Of a stretch of 64,000 nucleotides of DNA, positions 50,577-62,617 are shown one piece after another (positions within the stretch are counted from its first letter, which is position 1; the number at the start of each line of letters is the position of its first letter). The DNA is from Octopus sinensis. Lineage: Eukaryota. The notes under the pieces were generated by a model. The model was not told where the DNA came from and did not search any database. It was given only the letters and a program-made list of their open reading frames with translations. The stretch lies in contig NC_043018.1 of the NCBI RefSeq assembly GCF_006345805.1, positions 5,022,001 through 5,086,000 of the forward strand. Direction: 5' to 3'. The translations under genes and the position numbers were made by a program.

Positions 50577-51159
50577 TAACACATACATACAATGAAAAGA
50601 AGAGAAAGAAATTTCTTTAACCGATCTTTATGAGTTACGAATGTTTCCGTACCATCTCCATTTGCAACGCCAGTTTACGCGAAAATTCTCAAAGAAAAAT
50701 CCTGTAATATTTGCGGTTTTAGGCATTGGGGTGGCATTTCCTCAGACTTGCATCAAAGTCGTGTTATTACACTGTGCGTCTATCAGACCTTGTTGTTAGG
50801 AAAGCATCGGGGAAATATATACATATATATATATGCAACAACATCTGTAAACAAACTAAAAGCAATATATATGTGTGCGTGTGTGTGTGTGTATACATAC
50901 GCATATACAGGTAAAACATGTATTTACATATATTCACACACACACTGAATAGAATTTTGAGTCAGTTCTCTGTGACACACAGTTTCATGAGTGCAGGACA
51001 CATCCACCTCATCAGACTTTTCGGGATGATACGGACGTGTCCTACTCTCACGAAACTTTAAGTGATGCAGATCCAAGTCAAACAGTTATTAAATACACGC
51101 CCTCCAACCAAAGGTGTTGGCCGCTTCTATCTATCCGCTTGTACTCTCTCACTCGTACC

Positions 51160-51462
<303 letters not shown>

Positions 51463-51621
51463 CTATTCTTTTACGAACCGCTAAGTAACGGGGACATAAA
51501 AAATCAGCATTAATTATCTAGCAGTGGATTGGAGACAAACACACAGACACACACACACACACAGACACAGACACAGACACAGACACACACAACACACACC
51601 ACACACACAGATCCACACACA

Positions 51622-51663
<42 letters not shown>

Positions 51664-51818
51664 GCGATGGAAGTTGGTTTTTACTAAACTCGGAAATCCT
51701 CTAGTTACAGGAAATGCTTATCAACACATAAATGTAGACACACGCAAACGTACATAAATACATACATACTACATACATACATACATACATACATACATAC
51801 ATCATAGAAACGCATATA

Positions 51819-51910
<92 letters not shown>

Positions 51911-51911
<1 letters not shown>

Positions 51912-52321
51912 GGCGCAGGTGGCTGTGTGGTAAGTAGCTTGCTAACCAACCCACATGGTTCCGGGTTCAGTCCCGCTGCGTGGCATCTTGGGCAAGTGTC
52001 TTCTGCTATAGCCCCGGGCCGACCAATGCCTTGTGGGTGGATTTGGTAGACGGAAACTGAAAGAAGCCTGTCGTATATATGTATATATATGTATGTGTGT
52101 GTGTTTGTGTGTCTGTGTTTGTCCCCCTAGCATTGCTTGACAACCGATGCTGGTGTGTTTATGTCCCCGTTACTTAGCGGTTCGCCACAAGAGACCGATA
52201 GAATAAGTACTGGGCTCACAAAAGAATAAGTCCCGGGGTCGATTTGCTCGACTAAAGGCGGTGCTCCAGCATGGCTGCAGTCAAATGACTGAAACAAGTA
52301 AAAGAGTGAAAGAGTAAAGAG
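51911..52321 (+). mobile_element. SINE family B, full length, young
   Basis: Complete head, linker and tail; serves as the reference copy for the family. Confidence 0.92.
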
Positions 52322-52689
52322 ATATATCCCTCAACATACGTATACATACTTATACGAAGACGCACGCACACACATACATATATACATATACACACACTTA
52401 TATAGTACCCCTGAAGGAAAGCTTACTGTACTCTTTTTTCTCCCATTTTACTAACACAACACTTACCAATCAACATCCGTCTGCTTAGTGACTTTGGTCA
52501 TGTCTATATGTATGTATATATGTATTATATATATATATATGTATATGTAATGCTGTATGCGTGTGTGTACAAGTATGTTTATGAGCCGTGTATGATGATT
52601 GGCGAGTGGTTTGAATGTAGTAAAACAGGTTACCACATGTGATGTTACAAGATTTTGGTGGTTGCCATTGTTTGCATGACTCCCGGCCG

Positions 52690-53110
52690 GCTGACATAAT
52701 TAATAAAAAAGAAAAAAAGGAACGCAAGAAACGTTGCCCCGTGGTGCCCGAGAGCACTCTGGAAATGAACATAGTTTTAGCTGGTGTATCGATCAGACGA
52801 AAGGAACTGAGCAAATGGATGGGTATCCCGCCAAAAAGTGTTGGCTGGTGAGAAAACGTGAGAGAATTGATATTTTGAAGAGGATTGTCGAAGAATTAAG
52901 GCTTTTGAGGTAAAAATCGAATGAGCTTGGACAGTATTTATATCCTTATAGTGAGGTGGGAAGGTCGTGTCCACTACTCTTACAGTAGAGAGAGAGAAAG
53001 AGAGAGGGTGGAGGAGGCTATCGTAACATCCTGAAACCGGAGCTCTGGCTCTAATGCCTGCGACGGAAGGACCCCTCCCTCTAAAGGTACTGAAGTGCGC
53101 AGGATTAGGG
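52690..53110 (-). pseudogene. Decayed Penelope-like reverse transcriptase fragment
   Basis: Minus frame GIRARAPVSG...RVVDTTF...KYQFSH..NTFWRD..RYTS*NYVHFQSALGHH is colinear with PLE RT motifs GxxMGSPxSP, RYVDDxF, IxFT..FLD and YxKPT..YLxFxSxHP. Confidence 0.5.
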
Positions 53111-53678
53111 GCACCACACACAAAATGAAAAGCAATGAATGGAAGTTATCAAGAAATATATGATACTGAAACTGGAGTCGACCATTTTTCGATTCTTTTC
53201 GAGGAGAATCTGAGCATCGAAGAGCAGCGAACTGGCAGAATCGTTAGCACACCGGACAAAATGCTTGGCGGCATTTCTTCCGTCTTTACGTTCTGAGTTC
53301 GAATTCTGCCGAGGAATTGTTTGCCTTGTGCCAAAATTCGAAACCGACATAATATGCTTCCACTCCCGGTAATACGGGAATGTCTTCGGGGTGAATCGTT
53401 ATACACCACTGGGGTGTATTCTTTCAGCCATGCATTCGTCATTATCGTCTTTCTGGTGCAATAAAGAACAACTATTGAGTGTGATCTAGCGGCATATCTA
53501 GAGAGTGTGCCGCCTGGATTAGCACTTGGGCTTGCCACCCCTCCATCCCGCTTATAAAGCATGTCCAGAAATATCACTCCCATCAAAACAACGATCGGGG
53601 CCGGCCACCTAATCGCTTCAGGTCTTGCACTTGTAGGAGAAAGGATTATTATTATTATTATTATTATTATTATGATTA

Positions 53679-53778
53679 NNNNNNNNNNNNNNNNNNNNNN
53701 NNNNNNNNNNNNNNNNNNNNNNNNNNNNNNNNNNNNNNNNNNNNNNNNNNNNNNNNNNNNNNNNNNNNNNNNNNNNNN
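53679..53778. other. Assembly gap (100 N)
   Basis: Run of 100 N. Confidence 1.
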
Positions 53779-53989
53779 CGTATGAATCGATCTATCTATC
53801 GAATGTGTATGTGTGTGTTGGGGTGGGGGGCGCTGTTTTTCCTCCTTACCAACCAGTGTAGTTTTCTCTGTAACTTTACGGTTCGATAAGATGAAGCGAT
53901 TAAACAAATAGTGGAGACGATTTTTTAAAGTATAACCTTCACATCGCTGCCCCAGCATGGCTGCTGTGTAATGAGTGAAAGAAACAAAA

Positions 53990-54060
53990 GAACAAATATA
54001 TATATATAACTATATATATATATATATATATTCTGATATATATATATATATTTCTTACTC

Positions 54061-54094
<34 letters not shown>

Positions 54095-54122
54095 TCTTAT
54101 ATATATATATATATTCTTTTAC

Positions 54123-54161
<39 letters not shown>

Positions 54162-54204
54162 CTTATATATATCTATATATATATATATATATATATCTAT
54201 ATAT

Positions 54205-54242
<38 letters not shown>

Positions 54243-54391
54243 TTATATATATATATCTATATATATATATATATCGCAGCTTCTGGTGACGTCGATGTTC
54301 GCCTGGGGCTAAAATGCATCAGTAACACCCCCCACCCCGCCTGACCCTAGCCACATTCAGATGGCTGATCCCTCTTATGTTATATATATAT

Positions 54392-54435
<44 letters not shown>

Positions 54436-54496
54436 TTATATATATATATTTTTATATATTCTTATATATATTCTTATATATATATATATATATATT

Positions 54497-54533
<37 letters not shown>

Positions 54534-54543
54534 ATATATCTAT

Positions 54544-54580
<37 letters not shown>

Positions 54581-54590
54581 TCTTTTATTC
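53990..54590. repeat. (TA)n tract with interspersed TTC(T) variants
   Basis: Directly visible. Confidence 0.95.
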
Positions 54591-55277
54591 CGTTATTTGA
54601 CTGCCGCCATATTGGACCAGCGCTTGAAGGGTCTTAAATCGACCCCAGAGTGTGTGTGTGTCTGTGTGTGTGTGTGTGTGTTGTGTGTGTATGTGTGTGT
54701 TTGTTATCGTCTTATGTAATGCGAATGGGTCGTACCACGAACCCACAAAACATGAAGTCCTATGGATCTGTGTGAAACTTTCTGCCTAATATTTCACGTT
54801 TTACATTACTTAAATTAAAATAGAATTTTGTCCACTCACACGTCTGTCTGTCTGTCTGTCTATCTACGTCCCTGGTCATCGCCGACAGCAACAAACTAAT
54901 ATAATATCTATATATTTATATATCTGTGTGTGTTCGAACTGAACTGTCGCTTCACATATCGTAAATCTCTGAGTACCGGGGGAGTGAAGCTTCAGTTTCT
55001 TTCGAGTAAATATTTTCATTCTGTTTTTACCATTTTTTTCACTCCTTTCCTCTAACACAACACACACACAACACACACTGCACAAATGCGCGCTTGCTTA
55101 GACGCACACACACGTAAATAGAAGCTGTGTGTCTCGGTGTGTGTTCCATCAGTGCGTTGATGCTTCGCTCCGCGGCGTTCCTCTCTAGCAGTCGATGCAC
55201 AACGGCAACACGGAGTTACTGATTCTTTGTATGTGTGCATGTGTGTTCTTCTCTGTGTGTGTATGTGTGTGTGTGTA

Positions 55278-55308
<31 letters not shown>

Positions 55309-55311
55309 ATC

Positions 55312-55752
55312 CATGTAAGCGGAGATGTGGTTGTGGGCTAAGAAGCTTTCTTCTCAGTCACACGGTTCCGGGTTCAGTCCCACTGCATGGCGCTTTGGGC
55401 AAGTGTCTTCTTCTATAGCCTCGGGATGACCAAAGCCTTTTGAGTAGATTTGGTAGACGGAAACTGAAAGGAACACCTCGTACATATGTATATATATATA
55501 TATATATATTATATACACGCACACATATGTGTGTATGTGTACGTGTGTGTGTGCGTTTGTCCCCACCATCGCTTGACAACCGATGTTGGTGTGCTTCTGT
55601 CCCCCTAACATAGTTGTTCGGCAAAAGAGACCGATAGAATAAGTACTAGGCTTACAAGGAACAAGTCCTGGGGTAAATTTCTTCAACCAAAACCCTTTAA
55701 GTTGGTGCTCCAGCATGGCCGCAGTCAAAAGACTGAGACAAGTAAAAGAATA
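55312..55752 (+). mobile_element. SINE family B
   Basis: Head, TA/TG linker and tail. Confidence 0.85.
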
Positions 55753-56330
55753 TATATTTGTATATATTATACACACACACACACATATATATATATATAT
55801 GTACATATATATATATATGTATATACATATATACGCTTGTATCAATGTATGTATATATCTTTCTATCTCTACACATAGGTATGTATTTGTATGGTGTGTA
55901 TGATTTAATATCTATAAACTGTATGTGTGTGTGGGTGTGTGTGTTTATTTGTAGATACGTAACTGTTTTTGGTCTTGTTTTCTTCACATTCTGCCCCAAT
56001 TCCTCAGAGATATATAATCAACGAAGTTCTATTTACGCCATTTCCATGTCATTCTAAAAACGAAGAAATAAAACTTTCACGGTCTCCTCTTTTGAAGAGC
56101 ATAGTGTGACATTTGATGATAGGGTAGGGCTTGACATCTATTTCCAGCAGGCTGCCTGACCGCTTAGAAGTCAAACCAAACGGTTCGTTTTCTATAATGG
56201 CATTTCCTGTATTTACGTGTGTATGTGCTTAAGTGGAATGTTTATCTTACGTGTGTGTGTGTGTTGCATGTGTATGTGTATATTTTGCAAGTGTATCTGT
56301 GTATGTCTGCGTAAGTTTATATATTGATAT

Positions 56331-56397
<67 letters not shown>

Positions 56398-56874
56398 GTT
56401 ATGTATTTTTGGTGCCCATAATGATTTAAATAATATTTATGTATCTTTTCGTAAATTCACACTGACATATACATGCATGACTGATGTAGGTCTCTGCATG
56501 GCTATGTGTGTGTGTAAATATATAAACATACATGCATACGTACACACACACACACACACGCACATACACATGGGCCCAACGTAGTCGTATGATTAAGGAG
56601 TTTCTCATTTCTAGATTCGAACCCAATGTGTAGTTTCTTAGTAAAGTGTCTATTAATGTGGCTCCGGTCGATCGATGTCCTGTAACTGAGACTGGGGAGA
56701 AGGAAACTGTAAGGAAGCCTCATCCAATGGATCGTTCCTTTTACTGACATTGTATTATATTCATTATACTAGAGAATCTAAATTAAGTGGATACACTTCT
56801 CTGTAGAGTAATCGACCACACAACACGCTAATTACGTTATTTAGTTTGTCCATTTAATTAGTTTACTCATGCAA

Positions 56875-57210
56875 GCGGACACTCCGTCGATTACGACGAT
56901 GACGGTTCCAGCTAATCCGATCAACGGAACAACCTGCTCCGTTGATCAGCACATGAAATTGACGTGTAAGTGGCTGAGCGCTCCACAGATACGTGTACCC
57001 TTAATGTAGTTCTCAGGGAGATTCAGTGCGACGCAGAATGTTACAAAGGACAGCCTTTTGGAATACAAATACAACTGTTTTTTTCCCCGGCTGAGCAGAC
57101 TGGATCAATGTGAAATAAAGTGTCTTGCTCAAGGACACAATGCGTCGCCGTGATTCGAACCAAGGACATCAAGACTTACCTGAATAACCACCAAGCCACG
57201 CGCCTTCACT
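56875..57210 (-). mobile_element. tRNA-SINE with a family D-like head and family C-like tail
   Basis: Minus strand gtgaaggcgcgtggcttggtgg...gttcgaatc...tgtgtccttgagcaagacactttatt; tail homologous to 6408-6590. Confidence 0.7.
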
Positions 57211-57357
57211 GATACTGTATTACACGCGTTATATTACAGAATTAAATTAAGGGAGTCGACGGTCTCTGCTGAATACTCGGCCACACAACACACTAATTAA
57301 ATGAGCAAGCAATTTAGCCGCTCCATTTAATTAGTGCGCTCGTACAGAAGAACTCGA

Positions 57358-57680
57358 TTATGGATGGGTGCTGAAAAAATTCGCTTGGCAACATCGTGGT
57401 TGCGGGTTCAGTCCGGATGCGTGCCGAAACGAGAAGCCGAGTGGGTAGGTTCTGAGAATAGTTACGGAAGGCCGTCGTGTAATAACAATGCAGGAAATAA
57501 CACACGCAGCGGGGATAAGCAGGGGATCAGTGCATATGAAGGGTGTCGGTGAAAACGAAGTGGGAAACTTTTTGAACGCACTTCGTAATCCGAGTTTTCC
57601 CGGTCAAGAAAAAAATACACCACTTGTTCGACAGACTCCCTACTCTCCCGACCTGGTATCGTGTGACTTCTGACTGTTTG
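57358..57680 (+). pseudogene. Mariner transposase remnant (deleted)
   Basis: TIR-like tatggatgggtgctgaaaaaattc, HTH-like EGRRVITMQEITHAAGISRGSVH, and RQTPYSPDLVSCDF*LF (YSPDL motif). Confidence 0.7.
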
Positions 57681-57903
57681 AACTTATTAAAATTTCAGCA
57701 GTTCTTACAACTCCGATCGTCGAAATGCTTTGGTTAATAAAAATTCCTCCTCCTAATAATTTTGCTTTCATTTCGTGATAGACAGCTATCATGCAACAAA
57801 TGCCGCCTTCTAAATCCTGTTTTCTGATTAGGTAAAATTGATTAAACTTTAAACCTCAGTAACATTTTTCTGCAATTTTTCTGGAACAACCAAATAAAAT
57901 CTG
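57681..57903 (+). repeat. 223-bp repeat, inverted copy at 60710-60932
   Basis: About 8 mismatches in 223 bp by eye. Confidence 0.9.
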
Positions 57904-57915
57904 TTTCTATCCTTC

Positions 57916-57952
<37 letters not shown>

Positions 57953-58195
57953 GCATGTATGTGTGTATATATATATATATGCATGTATGTGTGTATATAT
58001 ATATATATGTATGTATGTACGAATTTGTTATGCAAGTACTAAATCCAATGTGTAACAATGGATCCTTAGTGTGGCGCTGGTATAAAATACCAAACGCTAT
58101 TCGCGTTTTCTATTATATACACACGCGCACACACACACACACACATGTATGTATGTGCATGTATGTGTGTATGTGTGTGTTCTTCTGTGTGTATA

Positions 58196-58825
58196 CGAGT
58201 GAGAGTCAAAAATTATAAGCACTCTAGTTTTTCCAATGTATTCACACAAAAGCAGGGGATAAATGACAAGTCCTTTCGATTCACTTGGTCCAGCGGTCCA
58301 CAAGCCTACATATTCCCTCCAAAAAGAAGATTTTCGATTGGTCGTGCAGCCATTATGCATTGTCTTCTTCACATCTTCATCCGTAGGAAATCGCCGACTT
58401 CGCAAACCATCTTTGATAGTCAGAAGGGGTGAGATCTGGGCTGTTCCAGCACGTCAAAACCCACTTGGTTAATGGTTCAACGGTCTGGGCGGCCGTGCGT
58501 GGGCGTGAATTATCATGCCACAACAAAACTTTCTTGGACAATAGGCTTCGGCGTTTGGTATGAATTACTGGCTTGAGTCTGTTGCCCAGCAAAGCACTGT
58601 ATCTTGATCGTACACCCATGTTCCAGAGAAATCGGATCATTGCACTTTGTACTTCTTTGGTGCCCATTGCTTGTGGAGCCAGAAAGAAAAATGGCGCGAT
58701 CAGGCTCAAACTTCAATCACGGGAACACAATAGTACCAACTCTAAGCACGCATGTGCGGAAGGCAGTTTGATAATAATAAAGACATGTTATGGCGAAAGA
58801 GCGGATAATTTTTGACTTCCCCTCG
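58196..58825 (-). mobile_element. Non-autonomous mariner element (630 bp, internally deleted)
   Basis: TA TSD at 58194-95 and 58826-27; TIRs cgagtgagagtcaaaaattat / ataatttttgacttcccctcg. Peptides MGTKEVQSAMIRFLW, LKPVIHTKRRSLLSKKVLLWHDNSRPRTA, NSPDLTPSDY and RSRRFPTDEDVK. Confidence 0.92.
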
Positions 58826-58828
58826 TAA

Positions 58829-58876
<48 letters not shown>

Positions 58877-58964
58877 ATATATGTGTGTGTACACACATAC
58901 ATGAGTAATATGTGTGTGTGCGCGCGCGTGTCTTCGTGATGATGGCCACAATGGTGTGAAACTA

Positions 58965-59110
58965 GTTATAAAGAACCAAAAATTCAGTCTACACAGGAGA
59001 AACTTGAAAAATCTCAGCTAAGATCACTCACAGGCTGAATATATTCCAACATTGGTGTCTTCGTAGAATTCTCGTCATCATCTACAGGGACACCATCACA
59101 ACTCTGAAGT
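58965..59110 (+). pseudogene. RTE LINE fragment
   Basis: YTGET*KISAKITHRLNIFQHWCLRRILVIIYRDTIT. Confidence 0.7.
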
Positions 59111-59119
59111 GATTTCTTC

Positions 59120-59505
59120 TTTTTCAGTGTGGCCGTCCTTCGAGACGCTTCAGTGATTTCACGCGAGCATGCCATCAATCACGGTCCCTCGTGCATCTTC
59201 TCAATTCGTCAACATTTGCCATTCCATTGTCCTGAAGCAAGTTGTCCACATAGATTAGACGTTTCTTCCCCTGTTGATTCTTTTCCTCTGCCGTAAGACA
59301 TGTTTGACACAGGTTGACCTGGGCGGATGACACATTGACCTGCAATTCTCATTCTTTTCTGTTGTATCTTCTGTCCCTTTGGGTAAATCTTGATAAAGCA
59401 GTTCGTTGCTTAAATGAACTCTCCATGTAATATTCAGAGCCATTCTTAATATTCTTGTGTAGCAGCCGTCTGTTTGTTTTTCAAGCTCTTTGGTGGGGGT
59501 CCAAG
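59120..59505 (-). pseudogene. RTE LINE 3' end fragment
   Basis: WTPTKELEKQTDGCYTRILRMALNITWRVHLSNELLYQDLPK, then after frameshifts IYVDNLLQDNGMANVDELRRCTRDRD*WHARV. Confidence 0.85.
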
Positions 59506-59509
59506 GCAT

Positions 59510-59710
59510 GAGAAGAGACAATCCGCGCAGCCCGTGGGAGATTACGGTGGAGAGAAGAGTGAGACTTGCAGATCAGGTCCTCTGGCTGCCAGATGAACGA
59601 ATGGTAGACAGAGCTGTGCACTATGTACCAGCTGGGGGACAAATGAAGAGAAAGAGACCCCAAAAAGACATAGCGTACCCACTTCAAAGAAGATCTGAAG
59701 CATGTTAGCA
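59510..59710 (+). pseudogene. RTE LINE fragment
   Basis: ITVERRVRLADQVLWLPDERMVDRAVHYVPAGGQMKRKRPQK resembles RRxRLAGHVLRLPxER..WVPxGGKRKRGRP. Confidence 0.75.
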
Positions 59711-59884
59711 TCACCTAGGAAGACACAGACCCCATGTGCTCAAAACTAGGAAGCTTTCAGACATCTTGCTGCCCGGTGATATAAGCCAGCTATACAGAAG
59801 AAACTAGCACAATATATACATTTTTTCGCGCCCTTTTCAAGCCTAGCCAGGCTCATGGGCCCAAGTTGGGGCGAAAGAGTACAA

Positions 59885-60032
59885 CAGGGGTCGCCACTAC
59901 CCCTGCCGGAGCCTCGTGGAACTTTAGGTGTTTTCGCTCAATAAACACACACAACGCCCGATCTGGGAATCGAAACAACGATCCTCCGACCGCGAGTCCG
60001 CTGCCCTAATCACTGGGCCATTGCGCCTCCAC
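59885..60032 (-). mobile_element. SINE family C, 5' part
   Basis: tggaggcgcaatggcccagtgattagggcagcggactcgcggtcggaggatc on the minus strand. Confidence 0.85.
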
Positions 60033-60062
60033 ACACACACACATATAAAACTAAAACTATAA

Positions 60063-60253
60063 AGCAATGGCTGTTTACCACCTCAACGTGGCTGTTCCAT
60101 ACAGAACACTGTTACTTCTCTTTTTAACCCTAGGAGGATATCTCCGCCAGCTGGGCAGCAACACACTGTGTCATGTCCTCCTGGGGTTAAAAAGAGAAGT
60201 AACAGTGTTCTGTATGGAACAGCCACGTTGAGGTGGTAAAAACAACCATTGCT
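60063..60253. repeat. Fold-back element (about 76-bp arms, 37-nt loop), MITE-like
   Basis: agcaatggctgtttaccacctcaacgtggctg...aaccctaggagga pairs with tcctcctggggtt...gaggtggtaaaaacaaccattgct; the arms are almost perfect. Confidence 0.92.
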
Positions 60254-60709
60254 GTTTCTATCCCTTAACTGTTTTCCTTGTCCAAGTAAGGGATCTTTTA
60301 TTTCATTACATCTTCAAATATGCAAAGCCAGCAGATGGGTTGTTGGCAGGGAAATCACAACATCACACTTGCATCAATCAGGGTTTTTCCAAGAAGCACA
60401 AAATGTAAACAACCACACACAACCACACACACACACACACACACACACGCACAAGTAAATTTTAAAACTGCGAGACAGGGACACATAGAAACACACACAC
60501 ATACATACATACATACATACGTCTACTACACACCATTTTAAACTCGTGGTTACCTGTGTGTACGTTTGTGGGTGTGTGTGTGTCACGTCCTATAACCGTC
60601 TGTGTCTCTACTTTTGTAAGGTCTTCCCTGTTGCTGTCACATATTGGGAGATTTTGAATTACGTCTAAATTTTCAAATTTGGTATATTGAAATAATTTCC
60701 ACGTTAAAT

Positions 60710-60932
60710 CCGATTTTATTTGGTTGTTCCAGAAAAATTGCAGAAAAATGTTATTGAGGTTTAAAGTCTAATCAATTTTACCTAATCAGAAAACAGGATT
60801 TAGAAGGCGGCATTTGTTGCATGATAGCTGTCTATCACAAAATGAAAGCAAAATTATTAGGAGGAGGAATTTTTATTAAACAAAGCATTACGACGATCGA
60901 AGTTGTAAGAACTGCTGAAGTTTTAATAAGTT
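60710..60932 (-). repeat. Inverted partner of 57681-57903
   Basis: See the partner feature. Confidence 0.9.
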
Positions 60933-61181
60933 TTCATGAATAAAATCATGTGAAACGGTCAAAAAGAAAGCACAAATCTGTCCTGATCAAGAGGCCTATC
61001 TGTCGGGGAAGGAACAGTCTGAGATGGAATAAACAAAACTTTATATAAGACATTCTACTGTAAAAACTGCCTGGCAACGACGGGCTGCTCAGCTAAGTAT
61101 ATATATATATACCAGAGTAAGCATATAACTGTAAAACATGGTGGAAAAATAAAACTCAAACACTAGAGGAAGAGTAATATG

Positions 61182-61338
61182 CTTTATTAAAAAGCAGCAA
61201 AAAATATCACAAAAACCGTTACTCGAGTTTCACGTTCCTGTTCGTCGGACAATTTGGTTTTTACAACCTCTCCGACGAACGGGAACGTGAAACTCTGAGT
61301 AACGGTTTTTGTGATATTTTTGTTGCTTTTCAATAAAG
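61182..61338. repeat. Inverted repeat (68-bp arms, 21-nt spacer), each arm carrying an HHR-like motif with U4C
   Basis: CCGACGA ACG-GGAA-CGU GAAA CUC(U)GAG UA ACGGUUU on the plus strand (61272-61308), with a mirror copy on the minus strand (61213-61255). Confidence 0.8.
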
Positions 61339-61351
61339 TATATATATATAG

Positions 61352-61384
<33 letters not shown>

Positions 61385-61868
61385 AGAGAGGTACGTAGGT
61401 AAACAGATAGGTAGATAGATATATGTCTGTAAAGGGAGAGAGAGGTTTGTTGATTTATCTCTTGAGGGACAAACACCAAGTGAAAAGCATTGTCTATTTC
61501 GTAGAGGGTTCGAGCAATACATCTACAAGCATAGGTCTATAAGTCACTTGTCGATGAGTTTCCCTATCACAAGACTTCCTCCCCTCATTGCCTCGTTGAA
61601 GAGTGTACATCACGTTCAAAGCTTATTTAGAAATCAAGAGACAAGGAAGCGACTACTAACACTCCACAGTGTCAAACAGAGAACAAGAAATGAGAACCGG
61701 CTAAAAATTGTTTGGACGGCTTCCTTACAGAGAAAGTCTACTTCATTCTGCAACTAAACCTAATATTGCTAATTTGTAATTGTCGACAATTTTAGCAAAG
61801 CTTTATTTTGATAGAAACGAAAACAATGTGGACGCAATACTGGTGTATTTCATGATTAGGTTATTTTA

Positions 61869-62085
61869 AAGTAGTGATCTGGCAGAATCGTTAGCATGCT
61901 CAAGAAAATGCTTAGCAGCGATAATTCCAGCTTGCACTTTGAGTTCAAATGCCACTGAGGTCGGCCTTGCCTTTTATCCTTTTAGGGTCGATAAAATAAA
62001 GTCTCGGTCAAGTACCAGGGTCGATGTAATCGACGAGTTCCTTTTCCTCAAAATTTCAGGTCTTGTGCGTCTAGTAGAAAGAATC
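61869..62085 (+). mobile_element. SINE family A monomer
   Basis: ctggcagaatcgttag head plus body. Confidence 0.75.
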
Positions 62086-62287
62086 GTCAGGTTCTCATGC
62101 TCTGTTCAGCGCATTGGGTAGCAAACTTCGTCCACCGGGTTCGATCGGATGTTACCCTTGCACATTCATTCTGCGCAATGTTAACTGCCTGCAGGTCATC
62201 TTGAAATGCCCGACGCCTCGTGATCATCAGCTTACCCTTTTAGGCCTCTCATTGGGTGGTATCTAAGTCATGGCTGCTTTGTTGATT

Positions 62288-62617
62288 CAGTGTTTCTCAA
62301 CAATTTTTCCATCTATGAAACCCCTTTGATTACCATCTTACTCCGGTAGACCCCCATAGACAACGAATGTTTAGAAAATAGTTTTATAGACACTTCTTTC
62401 AAAATTCCTATTCATTTGTTTCGTTCGAACTATGGAAAAACTTTAAAGAAAGAAACTGATCTGTTTCAGTAAACACATACAAGCAAAATTCGTTTGATAG
62501 ACCCTTAAAGTACTACCATGGATCCCCGATTTACTATTTTGCTTGCATGGACGCCCTCACCCCCTAATTCTTATATGGATCTTCATGGGTTATACGAACC
62601 CCGGTTCAGGACCATTG
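62288..62617. mobile_element. hAT (Charlie-like) MITE, opposite orientation to 35399-35766
   Basis: TIRs cagtgtttctcaac and ggttcaggaccattg; internal blocks are the reverse complement of the 35.4-kb copy. Confidence 0.65.

Noticed and set aside
53149-53958. Longest ORF in the track (269 aa)
   Set aside because: It reads through a 100-N gap, an (ATT)n tract and an antisense SINE-A, so it is not a contiguous gene.
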